Assembly (NCBI GenBank): GCA_904063045.1
Contig: CAJFCJ010000024.1
Span: 1,037,112-1,101,111 of the forward strand
Length of the DNA stretch: 64,000 nucleotides
From: Dimorphilus gyrociliatus
Lineage: Eukaryota > Animalia > Annelida
Direction: 5' to 3'
Shown: piece by piece, positions 55,441-64,000 of the stretch
Numbering within the stretch: the first letter of the stretch is position 1
How the letters are laid out: every line of letters begins with the position of its first letter
Translations under genes and position numbers: made by a program
The notes under the pieces: generated by a model
What the model was told of the DNA's origin: nothing
Databases searched by the model: none
What the model saw: only the letters and a program-made list of their open reading frames with translations

Positions 55441-56113
55441 ATCGAATATAAAGAATTGCTCAAAAATGTATATCTTTTCCCCCTAAACTTATTTATGTAG
55501 ATAACAAACTTTTCAAATATAAAAAGTAAAAAATCTTTAATATTTAATTTAAATAGTTTTAGTTTCTTGTAACTTGTTCTCCAGGTCGATTATCAATATA
55601 TTTCATAAACAAAAAAGAAATTATCTAATACTAGATGCTGGGGTCAAGTAATGTTAAAGTTTTTTTTCAAATATGATTCCTAAACTGTAATACATTGTCT
55701 TTCATTTCGGCGGGAAATTTAAAATTTTCAATTTTTTTTACGTCTGACAAATCTCAACTGACAGAAAAAGAAAAGAATAAAAGGGATAGAGAGAAAAAAT
55801 TAAAGAAAAAAAGAATAAATCACAAGTGCCAATGGAAATTCCCTATTTTTTTATATGTATTTAGTTTGGATATATAAATTTATATAAAAAAATCTATTAA
55901 AACATTTGCATTTTCATAAATGTATTCTGTAAAATAATTGAAGCGGATTGATGTATGAAAAGTAGCTGAATCATTTAGAGAGGAGTGAAGTAAAAAGACA
56001 AAACAATAAAGGTGAAAACAAAGGAGGGAATAAAATAGAGAGAGAAAAAAATAAGAAACAAAAATTGAGAAACAGAAATAGAGGTAAAAAAAGATACAAT
56101 GTGAGGTAAAGGC

Positions 56114-56170
<57 letters not shown>
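56114..56170. repeat. (GAAA)n followed by (GA)n microsatellite
   Basis: Direct reading. Confidence 0.85.
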
Positions 56171-56171
<1 letters not shown>

Positions 56172-56368
56172 AAAAGAGATAACTAGAAAGAGAGAAGAGA
56201 GAGTGAGTGTGAAAGAGAGAGGGTAGTCAGAGTATAAGGGAAAAATAGTGAAAACAGATAGCTACTGTAAAATGAAAAACGTTTAACAGAGGTTATGCAA
56301 TAAAAGCAAGCAAAATAAAATAGAAACTAATTGATATTATAGCTACAGGATAAAGCAGTACTATCTAT

Positions 56369-57028
56369 TTAAAATAGTTTGACTATATATTCCATTTGTT
56401 TCATATAAGTATACGCCATTAGGGCTGAAATTTCAAAAATATCTCCTATATCTATATCTTTTGGTACAAGTCTCTCCATTCTCTTTTCATCCTCGTGATA
56501 TTCCAGTTTATAATCCTTTTTCAAATATTTAAAGAGGTTATCAACTTTCGTTGGTAATATCAAATTTATTTTGCAGAATAAACAATTAATATCCTGGCAG
56601 TTGCTTGAATGGCAAGAACTGTTACATATTCTCTTTTTATTACAATTACCAATATATCTGTGCTCAATTCTGTTAATTACTGTATTCATTATCGAATTCA
56701 GATCCATTAAGTTGGTCATCGCCTTCTGGATATAAGCTTTCTTATCATTTTTAAAGGCTCTACTTTCGTATTTGATCGGTTGAAGAAAGTTGAATTTCTT
56801 TGACAGTTTAGTTGAAAAATATTGCGGAATATCATTAGAATAGACTTGCGGTATATAAATTTCCTTTAATAGAAAATATGATAAACTTTTCCATACTTCT
56901 TCAGTTGTAAAATTCAAATCTCTTGCTATAATTCTTTGTCTTTGTCTCTCAACCGATATGCAATTGGACAAGTAAAAGTTCAAAGCCAAAGCGGTCAGTG
57001 CCAGAGTGAAGGCGTACTTTAAGTTCAT
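56369..57028 (-). CDS. Intronless 219-aa secreted protein of unknown family, predicted helical with a Cys-rich insert
   Basis: ATG-started 660-nt ORF in very AT-rich DNA, hydrophobic signal peptide MNLKYAFTLALTALALNFYLSNC, amphipathic segments and a six-Cys cluster. Confidence 0.75.
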   Translation of the reverse strand: MNLKYAFTLALTALALNFYLSNCISVERQRQRIIARDLNFTTEEVWKSLSYFLLKEIYIPQVYSNDIPQYFSTKLSKKFNFLQPIKYESRAFKNDKKAYIQKAMTNLMDLNSIMNTVINRIEHRYIGNCNKKRICNSSCHSSNCQDINCLFCKINLILPTKVDNLFKYLKKDYKLEYHEDEKRMERLVPKDIDIGDIFEISALMAYTYMKQMEYIVKLF

Positions 57029-58997
57029 GATGTCAAACTTTCACTGGAATAATAAATTTCTTGTCGATTTCACTCCTTATATGCCGGAATTTTTGGCAAG
57101 AATCTAGTTTCAATTAGCAGGCCAAATTTTTTTATAAACTTGGCAGATCAAGGTCTATAGCTGCCTGTTCATATCTAAGAAAGTAAAATAATTTCTATCT
57201 ATAGGATTAAATATGGATGTCATAGGAGAAGGGTTAGCATAGAGTATTTATTATCTTATAGATTGTTTACTTTTCTAATTTATAGTGAAAGAAAAAAAAG
57301 AAACTTTTTTAAATTGCATCTCTTCTATTTCTAATATTATTTTCTCTTTAGTTTTAATACGTTTTTCCTTTCAGTTTCCAACTAAATTCCAATATTAATA
57401 TCAACTTTTAATTTCAAAGAAAGTTTGTAAAAAGATAAAAACAGCTTTTTTTATATAGTTTATTTAACATTTCATTTTTTATAGACAATAAATTAACCTA
57501 AATGTTTGTTTTTTTTTTTCTAGTTCCATTACTTCTTTTCAAAGGAATCAATCATTCGATTCAACTTGAAATAATTGTGACTCTTAGCGCAAATATACAT
57601 AAAAAACTTTGATCAAAGGACGTTAACTCAAATTCAATTTGAATAAAATGAAAAAAGAAAAGAAACTAGATATAAATAATATTTTTTACAGTGAATGAAG
57701 ATAATGATTTGTGACGATTCCAGTTTATTTTTATTAAAAAGGGTTCAATTGTTATCTGCCATAAATAAATAATACGTATCTATATGTATATCTATATATA
57801 TATACATATATATTTATATATTTATATATATATTGTATACTTATATCACCTATACCTACATATATACGTATATATACGTATATAAATAGTATGAGATATT
57901 TAATATATGTACATGTTACATAAAAAGGACCTTCAGCATACTTTGAGGACAGTGTCAATGTTAAAGACCGTGCACTTAAATACTTCTTTTTGACATGATA
58001 TAAAAGAAATAAGTAAAATGGTAAATAAAAGAGAAAATATAATAACATAATATAAATATTATTCTAATGAAGCATTATGAAATACTATTTTAACGTCTAT
58101 CTACAAATTAAATAGATTATTTTATTTAAATTAGTAACATGGCAGATTAAACCATCTTTTAAAAGGTACAAATTCCTTCTTTTATTTTTTATTTTCTCCA
58201 TTTTTTATCCTACTTAAAAGGAAAAACAATTAGATATTTGTGTTATATAGAAGGAACTTTTTTTTGATAATAAGATATATATATATAAATTTATACAGTA
58301 TATAATTTATACTTGAATTTGAACATAAAATATACTTATTAATGCTTTGCATTATAAACAAGAAATATGGGATAATAGCCATTAATATTTGATAATTCTA
58401 AATATTTCATTTTTATTAATTTGTTTAAGGAAGAGACAAATCTTTTTTTTAAACTTAATAACGGATAAAAGTGTCATCAGAGTTCAAAGGAAGAAAAATG
58501 CAACACTGTTGCCCATGCAGTATTTGTTTATTTTTTGAATTGACAAGTTTGTTAAATACTGTTATTCTTTTCATTTGTTCTTACATTCTTACTGGTGCAT
58601 TTAGTTAGTATCCAACTATCCAATATCCATTCACCTCTACAATTTTAATATGCTAACATACTCAACTACATCTATTTCCTTAGAAATATCATTCTTTCAT
58701 TGCATATATAGTATTTATATATATATATATATATATATTATATTAATTGGTGTAATGTCCATTATATTCTATAAACAATAAGATTTCTTTATATATGCAA
58801 GTAGTATATCAGCAACTATAAAGATTTCATTGAAAAATTAACAACTCTAATTGCTCTTCACAAATATTCATTTGAACGTCGGTGATAGTCTCAACTTAAT
58901 TATTAAGACATGCGCAATAGACAGTATATTAAGTATGTTTTAATATAGATATTAATTGTTATATCCTCTATTTGCTTATCAGCTTGTACTCGTTTAG

Positions 58998-59231
58998 CAT
59001 TTCCATCAATCGAATGAGGATGAGACTATTTGTTCATCCCCATGTATTCAATTAGAAGTTAGTGAATTGTTGCTTAAAAATCAATATAAGCAGGGTGAAT
59101 CTACTTTGGATATTTACTCTGTCAACATTTCCGAATGGACAACTGGGGAACAAGCTTATCAAAATAGATTTCCAATCAACTGCTCATCAATAGTAACCAC
59201 TAGATGGCATGTTAGTGATCTTCCTTCTTGA
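58998..59231 (+). CDS. Possible terminal exon of an unidentified gene (further candidate exons at 58460-58910)
   Basis: After a TTTAG acceptor, 77 open codons (HFHQSNEDETICSSPCIQLEVSELLLKNQYKQGESTLDIYSVNISEW...) end in TGA; no family recognised. Confidence 0.3.
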   Translation, partial: HFHQSNEDETICSSPCIQLEVSELLLKNQYKQGESTLDIYSVNISEWTTGEQAYQNRFPINCSSIVTTRWHVSDLPS

Positions 59232-59487
59232 GTAGCAAAAGACGAAAAATATTCATAAGGAGAATAATAGAGTATCTCTGACGGAAATTTTCTTAAATAG
59301 TTTATGAATTTAAGCGGAATAAGCTTTAAAATTAATCCTTTATCTCCTTAAATAGATATTCTCTTTTACTTAAATAGATAACAAATGATCTTAAAATATT
59401 TGATTAACGGGAGAGAGAAAGAAAAAAGAGAGAAGAAGAGAAAGAAAGATAGATATATATATAGAGATACATGAATAGAAAGATATT

Positions 59488-59488
<1 letters not shown>

Positions 59489-59520
<32 letters not shown>
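59489..59520. repeat. (AGAT)n tetranucleotide microsatellite
   Basis: Direct reading. Confidence 0.9.
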
Positions 59521-59521
<1 letters not shown>

Positions 59522-60899
59522 TATAAATAGATAGGTGACTTGATAGAGAGAAAGAGAAAGAGAGACGGGGACAGAGACACGGAATGAGATAAAGGGGAGG
59601 AAAGATAAACAAATAAAGAATGAACTAATGAATGAATCAATGAATAAATGCACTAATATGATTATTATTTAACGTACACTGTATACCGAACGAAACGACA
59701 AAGGGCAGAAACAGAGAGAGAGAGAGAGAGAGAGAGAGGAAAGGGGAGGTGGAGATAGACAAATGTAACGGTCGAACAAATGAAAAACTATACAATATTT
59801 GATTTTCATCTATATTAGTTAAAAATTTATCTAAGGAATGTTTGAAATTATTGATTTTGAAATTATACATTAATTTTAAGTAAAACGTAGGTTAGGCCTA
59901 GCTGTTTAAAAATTATTATAAATGTTTCACTTGTCTATCTATCTATCTATCCCCTTTGGAGAGTTCAAAATAAAGAAAACGTCTTTTAAACATGTAGAAC
60001 AGAAATTGATAGAAAGAAAAAATTGAATTTGGAAGAATAAAATTTACATTGTTTAATTATTTTTTTAGTATAGTAATGCACGAAAAAGAGAGAAAGAGAG
60101 AGAGCGAGAGAAAAAAAGTTTTTTTTATCCTTTTGCAGATGCGCTCAGTGCGCATAATTCAAATGAATCCGAGCGGAAAAATTTACAATTATAAAAAAAT
60201 CAGAAACTCGAAAATATATAAAAAATAAAAAGAACAGATAGAATTTCCTACTGATCAAATCGATAAAAGCTAAGAGGAAAGAAATTCCCTACAGCTAAGG
60301 CTGCTCCAAGTTGTATATAGGCCTAGAACTGTGGCAATTAGATCCAAAAGCAGGGGAAATGTTAATAAATGTAAGAATCCCAAATTTAAAAATATGTAAG
60401 CACTTTAAAATTATAAGAATAGGGTCGTTTTACCGGAAATTGATAAAAATGGCGGAAATCGATTAGACGGCCTGTTTAATTCCACTTTTCCGCATTTGGT
60501 CGTCTTAGATAAGGCGGCGATCGAAAAAAACGTGTCTTTTCAATAAACTACGCGTTCCGAGACGCCAGCTGCGGCGTTTTTCGATCGAATTTTCAGATGG
60601 TCGATATACATTTTTTTGTTTTTTTTTCATTTACATAAAAGAATATACTATATATATATATATATATTAGTATATATATGCAGTATATGTATATATACTA
60701 TAGATATAGACAGTATATATATTCTCCATATACTCCATGTATACAGTACTCACTCTAAAAGTTTGCGTTTCATTTCCTTTCCTGTTATTAGAGAGAAAAG
60801 ATTATCGTACAAATGTCCTTTATTTTAAACAGTTAATCTACTGTAGGAAAGGAAACGTTTCAGTGATGCCCGTATTTCAATATAATTCAGTTAAAACTA

Positions 60900-61400
60900 T
60901 TCTAAATTATGGACACGCCATCTTACTCTCATTGGAAAATATTTTTTTCAATAGTTTATTGCGTTTCCCTAGTTACCAATACAGTCAAGGAGCGTTTTGG
61001 TGATGGAATGTTTGCAATTAATTATATAATTTCGGTCATTTTCAGCCCATGCTTCGAAGATTGCAGTTTTTAAATCTTCCATGCTGTTAAATTGTCTTTT
61101 ATCTTGATAAACAAGTTTGGTCATAGCTCCCTAGGCATTCTCAAAGACACAGAAGTTCTTGAGAATTTACTGGCCGGTCTCCATACCAGAGTATGAATAC
61201 TTGAAATACTAGATGGTACAAGAATATTGAATGAAATATCCAAATCGTCTAATATTTTGCTCCCTGGTTTTCATTTGCTCGTTGGTCAGACGATAATCTA
61301 GCTTTTTCAAATTTTATGTCTGAATCCTTGACTTATCAGAATATTTATAATTAAACTCACCGCATTACTTGATAATAAAGCTTCTTTAAGTTTTTAGAAG
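60900..61400 (-). mobile_element. Decayed Tc3/Tc1-like transposase C-terminal relic
   Basis: Minus-strand translation EN..GAMTKLVYQDKRQFNSMEDLKTAIFEAWAEN...GNAINY-stop resembles the C-terminus of Tc3-like transposases, with in-frame stops. TIRs were not identified. Confidence 0.55.
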
Positions 61401-61702
61401 TAATTCACCTAGTAATGTCAGTTTTGCTTCTGCCTAAATTTTTTTTCGATCAACACCAACACTATTGAGATTCTTAGGGAAGCAAAACAATGGATATTTT
61501 ACACAAATATTAAGAATTAGGGTTACTTGACTACTACACTAGATGTATTGTTAATGATAGAAGATTACGTAGTTATGACAATCTTTTCATTTGAATAATA
61601 GGAAAGATATAGTGTATGGTGAGGTTTAGATTGCTATAATTTCTTCACCATATTACATATATTTATATATGAAAATATGAATCATAGGATACAATCTCTA
61701 TA

Positions 61703-62140
61703 TCAAAATATTCTATAATCTAGAATGTAACATTCAGTTCTCAGATTTTCAGAAATGTATCTATGACCTAGAAAACCTAAGTGGACTATGGTTAAATTTG
61801 AGCTTAAAACCAAAAAACAAATATATAACAATTATAAGATTTGAAAGTTACATTGGAAAGAAATAGAACAAATCTGCCTGAAAGAAATAACATTAAAAGA
61901 AAAATAGGAATCTAGGAAAAAGGAAAGTAGATGTTGAAAGTGAAATTAGAAAGAGAGGAAAAATAGAATTTAGGATATTTATATAGTGAAAGGAATATTA
62001 CAGGAACTATGTATGAATGAGCATACTCTCTATTAGTTTTTCCTTTGATACAGAGAGGACTGTTTGTCACCTCGCGGTGTTTTCCTCATTTCGCCAGTCT
62101 CTCGAGAGATGTGCTACGAGCTGATGTACTCGTAACGTTT
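61703..62140 (-). CDS. Probable last two exons (62140-62071, 61802-61703) of an unidentified gene starting to the right
   Basis: Phase-compatible GT-AG exons give TLRVHQLVAHLSRDWRNEENTASSNLTIVHLGFLGHRYISENLRTECYILDYRIF-stop; no family recognised. Confidence 0.3.
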
Positions 62141-63269
62141 CTTGATAAAAACACGAAATGTAGTAGAGGGAAAGTGTGAGAATTTGGGAGAAAAACGTAT
62201 AAGGAGAAGGAAAAAAAGAAGAGAAAACAAAAGGAAAAAAGAAGTATGGAAGATGTTAATATGTACAAATTCAATTAGTAAAAAAAATATAAATATATTG
62301 TCAAGATATTCTAGACTTAAAACAAAGAAAAACAAGCTAAATAAGACGTAAATGATTAAATTATTTTATTAATTTTCATTGGAAAACAATCCTCCTTTGG
62401 AAAAAAAAAAGAGGAAGCTTTGATAGGAAAGGAAGTAAATAAGGAACTTATTGTTTCGTTTTCATGCATTCTCTCCTTACTTACTTACGTAAGAAATAAT
62501 CAAATAGGTCAAATATCTAAAAGTAAAAGAAGAAAATAGATATAAAAACTCTGATACAAAAGTACAATTTCCAACAAAACATTCGTCTTTGAACTATTTC
62601 TTTTTTCATTTTTCCAACTTCTCGTCGATAAACAATGCAAGAAAAAGAGAAAGAAGAGAAAGAAGAAGAGGGATAGAGGGCAAAACCAGTTAAATAACCC
62701 ATTTTATATTTTTCGATTATTTAATGAATATTCAAGAAAAATTCCCCTACCGATTAAATCATTTATATGTATGATATATAAATATTTAAATATCTCTTAG
62801 AAAGAAAATGCTAAGGTAAATATTGACCTCATCCAATTTTGTTTATTTATTAGATTTCTTAAAAACCGTAGCCCATAACGTCCTTTAATATACCTTGCAG
62901 TAGTACAAATTGTTGGTGATAGGCTAAATTACTTGACTCACTTTAAGGGCATCTACTCCCTTTTCTAGAATGCTAAAATGTTTAGTGAAGAAGTGAAAGG
63001 GGGAGGTAATTTAAAAGAAAAACACTCTCGTCAAAATAGTCAAACGTATCCCTTATTCCAAACAGTTTTCTATATTTAGTAGAAAAGTTGTAAACCCTAA
63101 GCCTTTTTTTTATCGTTGATGTATAGAAAATAGTCATAAAATAGTTGTATATTAACTTATCAATGGAAATAAGCGAGAGTAGTATCGGAAAATGGCACTA
63201 TTTATACAGGCAAGTGATCAATATAAAATTTTGTAAATAGTATATAAAGCATTATATATACATATATAA

Positions 63270-63301
<32 letters not shown>

Positions 63302-64000
63302 ACATATATATACATATGTATATGACATAAATTGTATTTATATAGAAGTAATCATACTTTAACACAAATGAAAATATTAGTTTTAGTAAATGTTTTTTTT
63401 TTCCAGTTTTTAACGTGACTTGCTGTAGTCACGTTACTTTTGGCTTTCTATTTCTTTCCGACCTTTCGATCCTTTAATGCTCTCTTTCCCTTCCCCATTT
63501 CGGTCAAGAAAATTTCAATTGGTACCGTTTAAACTAGCTTAAGTAAAATACAAAGGCGAAAAGAAAAGCAAAATATTTCATTCTATATTTTAATCTTGAA
63601 ACCGCAATTTCTTTAATAATTCGATACAATTGAAATAAAAACAAACTTAATATAGAAAAAATCAAATATTAAAGATAATTCTTTATGTAATAAACATGTC
63701 TTTAACTTGATCTTTATCATCTTTCATTGTTCATCTATTTCTCTCTCTCTCTCTCTTCCTTTTGTCTTCAATTATTCTTCTCACGGAAATTTCGGTTTCA
63801 TCACTTTCCAACATGTTAATCTATTGTATTTAAAAAAAGAAGCAAAAAACTATCACGAATCTTTTTAGCTATGATTATTATCATTTTTTTACCGCAATAA
63901 AACTGTAAATTACCTTAAAAATGTCAAAAAAAATTTATGAATATTCAAAAAATATGATAGTTTCACATAAATTTATGATGATTAATTGAAAATATCTGCA

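Noticed and set aside
57752-59870. Tyr/Ile/Phe/Leu-rich ORFs (57752, 59366, 59404, 59637)
   Set aside because: Translations of (TA)n, (AGAT)n and (CT)n repeats.
60270-60365. Foldable segment considered as RNase MRP/P RNA or snRNA
   Set aside because: No conserved P4/CR motifs or Sm site recognised.

Overview
Eukaryotic, very AT-rich, compact invertebrate genomic DNA with many 50-400 nt introns and abundant (TA)n/(GA)n microsatellites. The style suggests a lophotrochozoan, possibly a small-genome annelid; this is inference. No CRISPR array, rRNA or tRNA was recognised. Gene order: rhodopsin-type GPCR (-), upstream of and possibly inside an intron of DDX1 (only DDX1 3' exons are present); mariner relic; unresolved coding region; RING-less B-box/coiled-coil/propeller gene (-); ETHE1 (+); RPL3 (-) with an intronic C/D snoRNA and a structured intron 2; UPF0489/C5orf22 (+); small tail-anchored protein; 112-aa prepropeptide with a cationic EGF-like C-terminal peptide and a Tc1 element in intron 1; two tandem minimal-domain MMPs; receptor guanylyl cyclase; deleted Tc1; RGK GTPase; acyl-CoA synthetase (-); IMMP2L (-); intronless 219-aa secreted orphan; weak unknown exons and a Tc3-like relic. 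Best novelty candidates are (1) the acidic-pro/cationic EGF-like precursor next to two matrilysin-like MMPs and a peptide-receptor guanylyl cyclase, (2) the possible four-helix-bundle cytokine, and (3) RNA elements in RPL3 introns. Exon models were assembled by hand from splice signals and reading phase and need RNA-seq confirmation.
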